Positions 24,463-36,347 of a stretch of 64,000 nt of DNA are shown here, piece after piece (position 1 is the stretch's first letter; every line of letters begins with the position of its first letter). The translations under genes were made by a program, and so were the position numbers. The DNA is from Chiloscyllium plagiosum. Its lineage: Eukaryota. Below the pieces are notes generated by a model, which did no database searches, was not told the origin of the DNA, and worked only from the letters and a program-made list of their open reading frames with translations. The stretch lies in assembly GCF_004010195.1 (NCBI RefSeq), contig NC_057718.1:16253906-16317905 (forward strand), given 5' to 3'.

Positions 24463-25099
24463 TGTTAAAGTACAAATTTGAGATGGCTCAGGGAATCCAT
24501 TGTGGACTATGGATCTGTAAGCCTTTCTCGTGGTTCGTCCTGGAGATGGTACCCTTTGGTGGTCTGGAATAAAAAGACTCTTACAGTTTAGTTTAATTTT
24601 AATCATTCCCTTCATTTACTAATAGCATCACTGTTACAATATAACAATGATATCTATAAGTCAAGCTAACTGGATTCTATGAATCCAGGAGAATAGAAAT
24701 TGCTCTTCTTTTAAGAGTCCTGGCAGGTTACTCCGTCGTACTATCAAAAACAGACTATTTTTATACACAGGTTTACAAAGGCATTACTGTCACAAACACA
24801 AAAGTTAACAAAAGCACTGCATGTTCTGAACTAGACAGATAAAAGTGAAGGATAATAATTCGGGAGAGAAGTTAATTGATACCAAATTTCGTTCTGAGGT
24901 CAGAATTAAACATTGTTTAATTTCGGAAAGGAGCTGCCATGAATGTTATCACTTGGTGTTCTGTTTATACAAATTTACTGATGTTAAGGTAAATATTCTT
25001 AATTATCTTATCCTTCCTTGCCATACTTTTTTCTAGTGTGCAGCAAATGTATTCTGTAATTCAAAATTACATATTAGTCTAACTGTTTAAGGAGAACAT
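24463..25099 (-). repeat. ERV 5' LTR (outer ~20 bp not alignable)
   Basis: Direct repeat of 15181-15790; ends ...CTTTAACA on the - strand. Confidence 0.95.
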
Positions 25100-25659
25100 A
25101 CATAGCAGATACATGGTTCTTGACTGAAAGTAGATTCAATTCAGGGGCAAGAAAAACTCAATAACTCGGGATCTCTGCCTACAGCCTTCATCTGTTGTCA
25201 CAGCCGTTCATATCGTGCAAATATCTTCTGCTTGAATCGCTGTTGAGGACTTGTTTTGGATTGAGTTTTGTCTGGTTCCTCCCTTCTCATCTTATCATCA
25301 TGGGTGACTACCAGGACTTGAGAACTGCTGATAGCGTTGCTGTCGGGATTAATGGAACACTCAAACCTCTCCCCCACAGCAAGGTGGCAATCCACAGAAA
25401 TCCAATATTAACAGAGCTGATCAATTGGGTGGTTTACTTACTTTCGTTGTTATTTCAGATAACACAGTAGGTGCTAGGAAAGGTATATCTTATGCTATAC
25501 TGCTTGCATTTATCAGTATGCAGATAATTTAATTTGCTACCTTCTGCTTTACAGCATAAAGTAATTGTATCTTGATGGCTGAATTTAATAGTGACAATAG
25601 TGAAACTGCCAGGCATAACATTATGTCACTGAAACAGATTTTTGGAATGAGAAAATATA

Positions 25660-26300
25660 CCTCATGGTGCTGGGTCCACTATCATTCATCATTTATAAAA
25701 CTATTTGAATGAGAACACAGGAAGCATGATTATTAAGTTTGCGGATGACTCCAAAATTGCTGGTGTAGTGGACAGTGAAAAGGTTTACCTAAGAATACTA
25801 CGTGATCTTGATCAACTGGACTAGTGGACCATGGAATGGCTGATGGAGTTTAATTCAGATAAATGTGAGGTATTACATTTTGGTAAGACAAATCAGAGCA
25901 AAACTTTCCCTGGAGTGCAGGATGCTGAGGGATGACCTTATAAAAGTTTATAATGTTAGGAGGGGCATAGGTGAGGTGAATGGCTAAGGTCTTTTCCCTA
26001 GGGTAGGGGAGTCAAAAACTAGAGGACATAGTTTAAGATGAAAGGAGAAAGCTTTAAAAGGGACCTGAGTGGAAACTCACAGTGTGTTGCATATATGGAA
26101 CCAGCTGCCAGAGGAAGTCATAGAGCTGGTTACAGTTACAACATTTAAAAGAAATTTGGACAGGTCCAAGGATAGGAAGAATTTAGAGGAATATGGGTCA
26201 AACACTAGCAAATGGGGCTGGTTCAGTTTAGGAAACCTGGTCAGCATGGACTAGTTGATCCAAGAGGTTTGTTTCTGTGCTGTATGGTTCTCCCACTGTA
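25660..26300 (+). mobile_element. CR1 3' fragment with internal deletions
   Basis: FADDSKI motif and a CR1 3' UTR like 2600-2735. Confidence 0.85.
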
Positions 26301-27592
26301 TGGTGATTGGTGGCTTACATGCTCGTTACATCATTACTTGATGACATCATTGCTGCATGTTAAAACATGACACCAGGTTTAAACTGCCATCAGTAAAGCA
26401 CAAACTCTCACGACAGAGATTGCTGGATCTAAGTGGATACTTTTCATTGAGATCAGCAACTGTTGCTTTGCTGCTGACTCCAAAATGCAGACTATTATTT
26501 TGCTGTAAACAAAGCATTAACTAACGCACACTTTTAAGAACATAAAATAAAGGTGTTGGTCACTTACCCCTTCAAATTTGCCCTGTCATTCAGTAAGATT
26601 ATGGCTGATCTATGATCTATCTTCATATTAATTTGCCTTTGCCCAATAACTGTTGGTATTTATGTTAACTAAGCTATTAATGAGTTAAAATTGGAAACTA
26701 ATACATGCTATTTGATGCCATTTCAAAGGTACTTTTTGTAATATGCTTGTGGAAGAGTTACAAACTTCTGCCACTCCTTGCAAATAAACATGAAACTCCT
26801 GATATGTTGACTGTACATTTTTAGATTCTATCCCACAGTCAAAGATTCTCAAACTATAGATTTCTGAATTTGACCTTTCTCCAAAGAGTCTGAGAAAAGA
26901 TATGTAGGCAAATTTCTGAAGTTGTAATAGTATTGATGACAGGGAATTTCAACTTCCAAAAAATTAACTAGGATAGTCATAGTGTGAAAGATTTAGACTG
27001 AGCAGAGTTCTTAATGCATCTGAGGTGCTTTTTAAGGCAGTATATTGAAGACCTTAGAAGAGAGGGGTGGTCTTAAACTTAATTTTAGGTATTGAAGTGG
27101 TTAGAAACATTAGTAGGGGATAATTTTGCAGACAGCAAACAAGATTCAAGATTGTTATGGAAAAGGACAAGGTTGAACCTAAAATCAAAGTTCTAAACTG
27201 GGGAAAGCTGATTTTAGTGAGGTCTGATACGATTTGGCCAGTGCAGATTGGGAGCAGATACTTTGATGTAAATTTGTGTCAGATTCAAGAAGGAAATTGG
27301 GAGAGTGCAAGGCTAACATGTTCCAATAAAAAAAAGCTGGGACCAACAAATCCAGAAAACCATAGATATCAATGGATATACAGGTAGTTCTGGGATAATG
27401 CGCATTTCGTCAGTGCGATTTAGGTACAACTTTGCTGAAGAATTAGGGAACAGTAATTTCGAGAACACAACTCAGTCGGCAATGTTGCGATTCCAGCGGG
27501 GATTGGTCTTTTGCTTTGTTCTGTGCATGTGCCGATATCTGCACCGAAATCTCCACGCCATTCTGCGCATGCGTCAAAGTCTGTCCCATTCT

Positions 27593-27801
27593 GTTAAAAA
27601 TCACACAACACCAGGTTAGAGTCCAACAGGTTTAATTGGAAGCACACTAGCTTTCGGAGCGACGCTCCTTCATCAGGGGGACTATCACCTGATGAAGGAG
27701 TGTCGCTCCGAAAGCTAGTGTGCTTCCAATTAAACCTGTTGGACTTTAACCTGGTGTTGTGTGATTTTTAACTTTGTACACCCCAGTCTAACACCGGCAT
27801 C
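27593..27801. mobile_element. Palindromic Penelope-derived non-autonomous element with two hammerhead motifs
   Basis: 85-bp inverted arms at 27593-27677 and 27688-27772, plus a tail; TSD TCCCATTCTGT at 27584-27594 and 27802-27812. Confidence 0.88.
27686..27720 (+). ncRNA. Minimal type I hammerhead ribozyme motif
   Basis: CAC CTGATGA A-GGAGT-GTC-GCTCC GAAA GC TA GTG: stem I CAC/GTG, intact core, stem II, minimal stem III. Confidence 0.75.
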
Positions 27802-28564
27802 TCCCATTCTGTGCATGTGCCGGTGTTTGTGCCTTTCTGCGCATGCTCAATGTTGGTGCTGGTCATTGTGCTGTTCCATGCATGTGCTGATGTTCGAGCT
27901 GGAATCGCCGTACCATTCTGCGCGAGTGCGATGTCGGTGTTGGTCGTGTGTCGTTCTGCACATGCGCATTCTCAGGGCTGGTCTTCGTGACATACTGCGC
28001 ATGCGCCGATGTCAGCTGACGACAGAAATTTTCTGAGAGAAGTACAGTACAGAGACCAGCTTTCTTACATTTTAAAATATACTGTGTCATATTTGCTTTT
28101 GTTCGATTAATAAATATGATTTCAATCTTCATTCAGGCTTTTGGGTGATTTTTGAGCGATCGTGAGTGATATTTTTTGCCAGTCTGTCCCAACCCCACTT
28201 TTCACGTAGGCGCCATTATTTCTATTAAATGAAGTTTAGCTGGAACACAACTATGGTGTTATGGGAGAACTACGTGTACAGGATTGGCTCAAGAGAAAAA
28301 TGATGACCTGTGACAGATACCGAGGGCTCAAAAGAGCAGAAGCTCTAGAGGACTGCAAATGTGTAAGGGGAAACATAAAAAAGAAATTAGGAGAGCAAAA
28401 AGGTGGCATGAAAGAATAATGGCAGGTAAAATAAAGGAAAATCTTCAATTAATTTCCAAGTACATTAAGGTAAAAGGACAACTTGGGAAAGAGTACGACC
28501 GCAGTGGTTATTTGCGCATGGAGCTGGAAGATATTAGTGTATCTAAATGAATACAGGTAGTTAT

Positions 28565-29760
28565 AGAGTCAGATGTGCAGCACGGAAACAGCCGTTTTAG
28601 TCCAACTCATCCATGTCGACCAGATACCCTAACCTAGTCCCATTTGCCAGCACTTGGCCCATATTCCTCTAAACCAGTCCTATTCATATACCCAGCCAGA
28701 TGCCTTTTAAATGCTATAATTGTACCAGCTTCTGCCACTTCCTGTGGCAGCTCATTCCATACACGCACCACCCTCTGTGAAAAAGTTGCCTCTTGGTCCC
28801 TTTTATATCTTTTCCCTCTCACCCTAAACCTATGCCCTCTAGTTCTGGACTCTCCCATCCCAGGGAAAAGACTTTGTCTATTTATCCTATCCATGCCCCT
28901 CATGATTTTATAAATCTTTAGAGGGTCACCCGTCAGCCTCCGATGCTCCAGGGAAAACAGCCCCAGCATATTCAGCCTCTCCCTATAACTCAAATCCACC
29001 AACCCTGGCAACATCCTTGTCAATCTTTTCTGAACCCTTTCAAGTTTCACAACATCCTTCCAAGGCCAGAATTGCACGCAATATTCCAAAAGTGGCCGGA
29101 CCAATGTCCTGTACAGCTGCAACACAACCTCCCAACTCCTGTACTCAATACGCTGTCCAATAAAGGAAAGCATACCAAACGCTGCCTTCACTATGCTATT
29201 TACCTCCAACTCCACTTTCAAGGAACTATGAACCTCCACTCCAAGATCTGTTTGTTCAGCAACACTCCCCAGGACCTTACCATTAAGTGTATAAGCCCGG
29301 CTCTGATTTATCTTTCCAAAATGCAGCACCTCACATTTATCTAAATTAAACTCCATCTGCCACTCCTCAGTCCATTGGCCCTTCTGATCAAGATCCTACT
29401 GGACTCTGAGGTAACCTTCTTTGCTGTGCACTGCACCTCCAATTTTGGTGTCACCTGCAAATTTACTAATCATACCTCTCTATGTTCACATCCAAATCAT
29501 TTATATGAATGATGAAAAACAGTGGACCCAGCACTGATCCATGTGGCACACCACTGGTCACAGGCCTCCAATCTGAAAACAAACCCTCCACCACCACCCT
29601 TTGTCTTTTATCCTCAAGCCAGTTCTGTATCCAAATGGCTAGTTTTCCCTGTATTCCATGAGATTTAACCTTGCTAACCAGTCTAGCGTGAGGAACCTTG
29701 TCAAACGCCCTACTGAAGTCCATATAGATCATGTCCGCCTCTTTGCCCTCATCACCTTTT
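28565..29760 (-). mobile_element. CR1 LINE 3' half
   Basis: ORFs 28634-29356 and 29466-29732 carry CR1 RT motifs. Confidence 0.95.
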
Positions 29761-30780
29761 TTACATCTTCCTTTTTTTAAATAAATGTGTTTTTGAATTC
29801 TCTAGGAGTTTTCCAGGACTTTAGGATTTGTGGAAGATTACTGCCACACATCCACTATTGCTGTAACTGGTACTTTTAATATTCTGTGATGCATCCCATC
29901 AGGTTCAGGGGATTTATCAATCTTTAGCACCATTAGTTGCCCCAGCATCTTTTGTTAGGGATAATTATTGTATTTAGTTTCTGTACTCCTTTTGCTCCTT
30001 AGTTATTTTGTAATTTTGGAATACTGTTAGTTAACAATATATTTGCAGAATTACAGAAAATATGTCCTCCCCTTTTATTTTTAACACCAGTGACAGCCCC
30101 CATGTCACAGTGATACTTTATTCTATGTTCTCGACTGGAGAACATTTTTCACGAGAATGAGTCCATTGTTATTCTAGTTTTCGATAGGTTTGCGTCTTCC
30201 CACTTTGCAAAGTTGTAATGTGAAGTAACCATTAAAAGATATCCCTTTGGAGAAGTCCCAAGTTTTACTTCGAACAGTTATGCCAGGATCTCTTGAAATA
30301 TTTTGTTTTACTGTTTTAGGGTGTTTTACTACCTTCTAAGCTCTATTTTTGCTGTGAGCAGTAAGTAAGAGTAGTGTTTCTCATCCGTTAAATCTGCATT
30401 TGTCCCTGGAATTTCTTCAGTGTTTTACATGGTAAATTGCTGACAGCTAGACATCCAAATGGCATAACACCCTCTACAGGCTTTAAATCTTTGCATTCCC
30501 TTAATCAATTAAACCAAAGAGTTGTTAATTGCTAGCACAACCTAAACCAGTAAATGATTGTACAGTCATTTTGATGTCAAATTAGATATTAAAAGTAGAA
30601 AATAATAGAAGGAAAGAAAAATCGCATCGAAGCTTGGAGAAATAGATAAATAATTTTTAACAATTAGAAACTGAAGGAATGAAACTCCAGAACTGTAAAT
30701 TGCACTTTTCAGTTCAAGAGAGGATGTTTGACTTTAATTAAAAAATTATTACACTGTTACTAGGTACCTACATTGAATAG

Positions 30781-30913
30781 GAGAAAGTGAGGACTGCAGA
30801 TGCTGGAGATCAGAGCTGAAAATGTGTTGCTGGAAAAGCGCAGTAAGTCAGGCAGCATCCAAGGAACAGGAGATGCTGCCTAACCTGCTGTGCTTTTCCA
30901 GCAACACATTTTC
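30781..30913. mobile_element. Palindromic Penelope-derived short element
   Basis: Inverted arms (tgaaaatgtgttgctggaaaagc / gcttttccagcaacacattttca); 15-bp TSD ACCTACATTGAATAG at 30766-30780 and 30914-30928. Confidence 0.85.
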
Positions 30914-31063
30914 ACCTACATTGAATAGCCAATGTCTAATATTTTTGATGAGTTTAGTCAGCCTCTATATGAGGAAGGTCCAGGAACATTGCACCATTCA
31001 ATATGTTTGTGAACTCTAATTATTACATACTGTTTGAGAGTCTTTTAGAACAATATTACATAT

Positions 31064-34000
31064 GGGACAGAAACTTCCAGAAACTTAAATTTACCTAAAT
31101 TTATGCAGATACTGATGCCAAATTTGCAAGTAAATAATAGTGAGCATTATAAGCCTCATCAAAACCATAAAACCAGCCCTAATGAATCGGGAGGACATGA
31201 GCCTTTTTCAATATCCTATTGTGTATTGTGTTTCTATTTGTTTTACATTATGTACTACTGGTAGTTTGTATTCTATCTATCTATTAATAGTTTAATGAAA
31301 ATAAGAAGTGCATTCTTAAAGCAACTGAACATCTTGGGCTATGGTGAGATGTATAATAGAATAAGATGGAATTATCACCTTGACATGAGATTGTCCTGCC
31401 GCAGCAGCCCCTGCCTTCTTAAGCTGTGTAGCAAGTCTGTCGCAGTGGCATTGCAGGTTCCCAATTGATACTCCACATTGCTTGTTAAATAACCTGTTAA
31501 AAGTCCAACTAGCCATCGGGGAAAAATTTCACTTGGAAATCAATGCCGGATTGAGCTTGCCACTTGCTCAAATGATTGGCCAAACTGCAGATCAAGCCAT
31601 GATCCATTAACACCAGACACAAACCCTCTTTCACCAATGTCACTGCCACCTAACTTTTAAGGAGCAATGAGTACCCACCTGGCATTTATGCTATGCCCTG
31701 ACATTGCACTCTGCAATATCAAATTTGTGAAGCAAAGCACACCAGGGAAAGGTGCGTCCACCAGTTGGAGGTCTGTGTAGGTGTTGGCCGATTCTGGCTA
31801 GTCAAGTTGGGAGGGGTAAGTGAGCTAAGTGTAAGGGAAGGAGCTGCATGTACAATTGGTCACTGAGCCTTCAAAGGAAGAACATTGGCATTGTATACAT
31901 GAGATGTTGATGGTACGAGCATGTAGACTGTAGGGTCTCTCGCCATTGTGCGGCACTGACTCTTACTGCGTTACATTTTCCTGACACCATCACTGCTTGG
32001 TGATTGCCTGAAATAGACATTACTGCATAATTAGCCAGCCAAAAACTGGGCAATGTTAAATGGCAAGGGACCTAAGGTGTCAAGTAAATACATTGCTAAT
32101 CCTGCTTCTACATGATGTTTTGGAACTCATTGTATACTTAACTATATTTCATCCTTGGTGACTGCGGAGTGATGTTTTCAGGTGCAATTAAACACCCAGG
32201 CCCTACACTGGGGACCACATGACCATTGAAAAACAAATCTTTATTACAAACCCAAACAATGTACTTAAGTGTCAGCCATTAACCCCCATACTCTCTCAAA
32301 CCTGTATTCTCCTCTTCCTGCTCCACATTACTGAGCTCCCCTGTTGCGCAGATCAGGTTGTGGACCCCTGCTTCACAGTAGCCCTGAATATTTCTTGAGC
32401 CGATACTGGGATGCTTTTGTTCAGAAGGGCCAGCATGACAAGAGTCATCATGCCTGAGGCAAGGTGTCACTTCCTAATCTGAACTTCCAAGGATTAGAGT
32501 GGGGTGAGCAAGATGGACAACGAGGGCCTAGCCACCTCTGCAGTCTCTTTGAGTCTACCCGAGTGTGGCTGGTTCTCCAGCTGCCCAATCTCCACTGAGC
32601 ATGGGGCACCTGGACAGTAGCCAAGGTTCCCTGCATCTGTCTTGCCGTTGCTTTGTCAATGATAGTCCTGAACATCCAAGAGGGTTGGGTCTGTCTCCAT
32701 TGTAAGTGCCAAACTGCTGATTGAGACAGCCAGATGGTCACTAAATTAGCTGCATCGCTCCTGATTCTCAGCACGGAGAGTCATATTGTTCAGAATGTTG
32801 GCTAATCCTGTTCATCATTCAACAGGTCCATGAAGTTCCTCATTGCTGGAACCACACAGTCTTCTGCCATGGGCTCTGAAGGAGCCTGGCCACTGGCACT
32901 ACTTCAAGTACCTGTGGCCTGGGGTAATTCTCTTTCACTCATATGTGCAACAGTGGATATAAGATCCTCTGGGACCACCCTCCCATCGCACACTCCCTTT
33001 GTCTGTCGAACCCACCAAACGTTCGTTATCACTATTGGTGCGGAGTCCAAATGGTAGCCTTGCCAATGGTTCCTGCATGCTTGAACAATGTCTTCTTCTG
33101 AGTTTGAGGTCTCTTCAGGAGAAAATGGTTGTTGCTTGGCTGAGGCACTCGGCATACTGGCTGCAGCTGTAACACTGAAGAGGCAGGAGGTGTTTCCAAT
33201 AGTTAGAAGCAATGCCTGATGCAGCACACTGCACTAGGCAAATGTCAACATTTTAGTGTTACTGCAAGTGGTATTTACTCATTTGCTGGCACATGGATAA
33301 CTCTGCATCCCCACAGGACTGTTTCAGTCCTGTCCAGCCAGGGCGAGTATCTGCTCCTTGTAGGTGGGTAAAGACTCTAATATCAGAACCACCCTCACCA
33401 GTTCATCATCACTGTACTCTGTTGAGGGTGTTCTTTTCCTTTATTGACATTGTTATGAAGATGTGGGTGTACTGTACCTTTAAGAGAGTTAAAAGCTAGC
33501 AGAACGACCTGACGGCACCAAGTGTTCTGAATAAGATACAATGTAACATATGGTTACTAGGGTAGCTGGTTGCCTGGAGACAAAAACAGATTTGAATTAG
33601 GCAAATCAGTTTAAATTATACTCCCATGAAATACCAAACTCCAGTCCAGTTTGAATTTAGTATATGGACAGTCTTAAAAACCAATGACACAATCCAATGC
33701 TTTAGGGATATAAGACCGGGGAAAATTGAACAGTTAGGAGGAAAACTGCCACGCCACCAGCATGTAGTGACTGCCCAAAAAATAGCTCTCCTAACAGGTA
33801 CCTTTACTAATGCGTGACCTGTGAAGCATAATCCCTAAGAAGAAGAAAACAGGAAGTTCCACATAGAAGATTTGACAGCTGGCTGGTTTTGAAAGCTTGA
33901 ATTTTTGGTAAATCTTATTGGGGGCTTTTATCGGACGAGTTCTGAATAGTTAGTTAATTATTCTCTGTTATGCATTAAGAAATAAAGTTGTTAATTTTTA

Positions 34001-35048
34001 CTTTAAATAGTTCTTGGCCTCTCGAATCTTGAATTTTTGGTAAATCTTATTGGGGGCTTTTATCGGACGAGTTCTAAATAGTTGTTAGTTAATTATTCTC
34101 TGTTATGCATTAAGAAATAAAGTTGTTAATTTTTACTTTAAATAGTTCTTGGCCTCTCGAATTTTCACAGATTACTGCATGGGATAAATCTTTTCTGTGT
34201 TGCTGGTTTAAATTAAGCAGGAGGGTTTACTCTGTGTCGTAACAACATAATGGTGCAAATGGATTAGATACAAATGAATAGCATGGCTATTAGTGCTGGT
34301 GCCTGTGGGCAAGTGATGAAGTGTCCTGAGGGATAAAAGGCAACACAGGGATTAGTGCTGTGGAAAGATTGGTGGGGTGGGGGTGTGGGGGTGCTAAGGG
34401 AAATGAGCTCCAGATGATGTTCCATGCAGCAGAGTGGGTGTGTTAGCACAGAAGTCTTCGTGGGAGGTGAATGCAGAGGCAAAGATAGAATGAGTATGAA
34501 GTAGCAGACTGCAGAATATAACATCATTCTGGCAGTACAGAGAAGTCGCTGATCTTCTTTTGGCATTGCTGTCCGGTCCTCTGAACCCCGGACAGGGCAC
34601 TGACCAGGCAGGCACATGCAGTGATGCGACCTCCTCCCTCGATTCTTTCGAAAGAGGACAGTATTACTTGTGCACTACCCGTCAATGGAACGTCCGGGTC
34701 CCTCAGTAGCAACTTGCCCTCTTCAGCCAAATCTGTCCAGTTATGAGCAGAGCAAAAGCCACTTCCCAATGTTTCCCGAAATATAATGCAGGTTCTTGAC
34801 AATGGCATGTGCACAAGGATATTAGTCTTATGATGGATGTCTGGTGATAGAGTAAGTTCTTTCGGGAACGGTGTGTGGTAAGATGGGACAGAAATCCAAT
34901 GTGATTCTCTCCATTTGGCTGGCAGTGGCAATTTATGTGATGAGTTTAATAAAATATGGTGACAAAACTGCCCGGTCTCATGGCGAGTTTCACTCCTCCA
35001 AATCTGATGCTACTCATGCTAAGCCAAAATAATGTAAGATTCAGACCA
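31064..35048. mobile_element. PIF/Harbinger-like DNA transposon remnant (Myb/SANT-like gene on -, possible transposase remnant on +)
   Basis: - strand VSALSGVQRTGQQCQKKISD (~34540-34620) resembles the trihelix Myb/SANT (NAIF1-like) domain. Weak similarity between termini GGGACAGAAACTTCC and GTAAGATTCAGACC. Confidence 0.55.
33451..34244 (+). mobile_element. Solo LTR (Gypsy-like) with an internal ~132-bp tandem duplication
   Basis: TGTTATGA...TCGTAACA termini; 4-bp TSD ACAT (33447-33450, 34245-34248); AATAAA; duplication 33896-34027 / 34028-~34162. Confidence 0.9.
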
Positions 35049-35142
35049 TAGTATTTTAAATTTATTCAGCTGAGATCAAACTTCCATCACAGATTCTTTT
35101 TTCAGTTATAATATTGTCCTTTTTAAATTGTGAATTGAGATA

Positions 35143-35361
35143 CAGGTCATTCTGCTATAATTCACATTTCATTAACATGTATTCACTGTAACGCGATTTA
35201 CAAATTGGGGACACTGTTTCTAAAGTGCGAACTTTTAAAACATGTGTTGACTGTAAGGCGATTACATTGCCAACACTTTAAGCGCTGTTTCTGAAGCACG
35301 ATTTTTCTAAAATGTGGGGTTGCACAAGAACGCAACCATCACGTTATGTAAGAGCTACCCG
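35143..35361. mobile_element. Tigger-like MITE
   Basis: TA|CAGGTCATTCTGCTATAA start with a degenerate inverted end. A related terminus (TTATAGCAGAATGACCTG) occurs at ~51572-51589. Confidence 0.6.
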
Positions 35362-36057
35362 CATGACTGCTGGTGAGCTTAATGGTTTTTAAAACTAAGT
35401 CTAACTAAGAATTATGTACTTATTAAAAATAAATTTTCTTAAACACCTGAAAATGGCAGTATGGGAGAAAAAATAGGTTTGTGGCTTACTGTGATAGCTA
35501 AGAAAGAGGAACTCGTAAAGGCAAGGGAAAACATTGAGGCCAACATATTTACACTAAGTAAAGGCAACATTTCACAACTCCTGAGTGTATTGAAATCCTT
35601 AATGTGGTTTTTAAGTATTTGTGATTAAAATTCTTAAAGTCTATTGGACTTCCCAAACTAACTTTCACTGTATGAAGGGTTACAGGAAGGCATTTAAAAA
35701 AAAGTATCAAATGCAGCTATGTAAAATAGGAACCATGGTGTTCCTGTTTTGTTTTTCTTAATGGTGCACTGTATTCAAAGATGAGATAACTGGAAATCTA
35801 AATATAATTTGAAATGTTTTCTCCAGTCATGTTGCTGCCTTTGAATTTTGTCATGGTCTAACCAACTCATTAGGATCAACAGATTGGATTAGGTTGCTTC
35901 AGATTAGTCATTGTCACTATTGTGGGCAAACTGTATTTCTGTCTTGGCTGATTAAGGTACATTAGGGGAATAAAACGGTTTATCAGACCTGATTTTTTTT
36001 TTGCGATCTAATTATGCATTCACTTACTGATGATCAGATCTTTCTAGATTCAATGTA

Positions 36058-36347
36058 CAGGTACACAATCCTATATCCGAAATTCCGAAATCCAAGAATC
36101 TCCAAATCTGTTTTCATGGAGTGTGGAGCATCATTTTGGCGCGCGAGCAGGTGACCCAACTCCACACCCATTCGAACCACGTCACTCAGCAGACATCAGT
36201 TGTGTCTCAGTGCTCGCACTATTCACACGTGTCTGCTGTTGGGTGATTTTTTTTTATTTCACTGTGAAAATGTCATTTATTCCGAAATCCCAAAAATTCC
36301 AAAAAACAACTGGCCTCAAGGATTTCAGATAAAGGATTGTGTACCTG
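36058..36347. mobile_element. Tigger-like MITE
   Basis: TIRs CAGGTACACAATCCTATATCCGAAAT and ATTTCAGATAAAGGATTGTGTACCTG; TA on the left side. Confidence 0.85.

Larger units (their letters stand above)
15181..25099 (-). mobile_element. Endogenous retrovirus, class I (gamma/epsilon-like), degenerate provirus LTR-gag-pol-env-LTR
   Basis: Paired ~630-bp LTRs, PBS and PPT; gag MA/MHR/CCHC motifs; RNase H and integrase; env with ISD and CX6CC. Confidence 0.96.
27381..28276. mobile_element. Tc1/mariner (Tigger-like) non-autonomous transposon
   Basis: TA|CAGGTAGTTCT ... AGAACTACGTG|TA terminal inverted repeats with a TA duplication. Confidence 0.8.
26880..28555 (+). mobile_element. CR1 endonuclease/linker fragment interrupted by a MITE
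   Basis: MEKDKVEPKIKVLNWGK and KKEIRRAKRWHERIMA; sequence is continuous across the TA insertion site. Confidence 0.8.
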
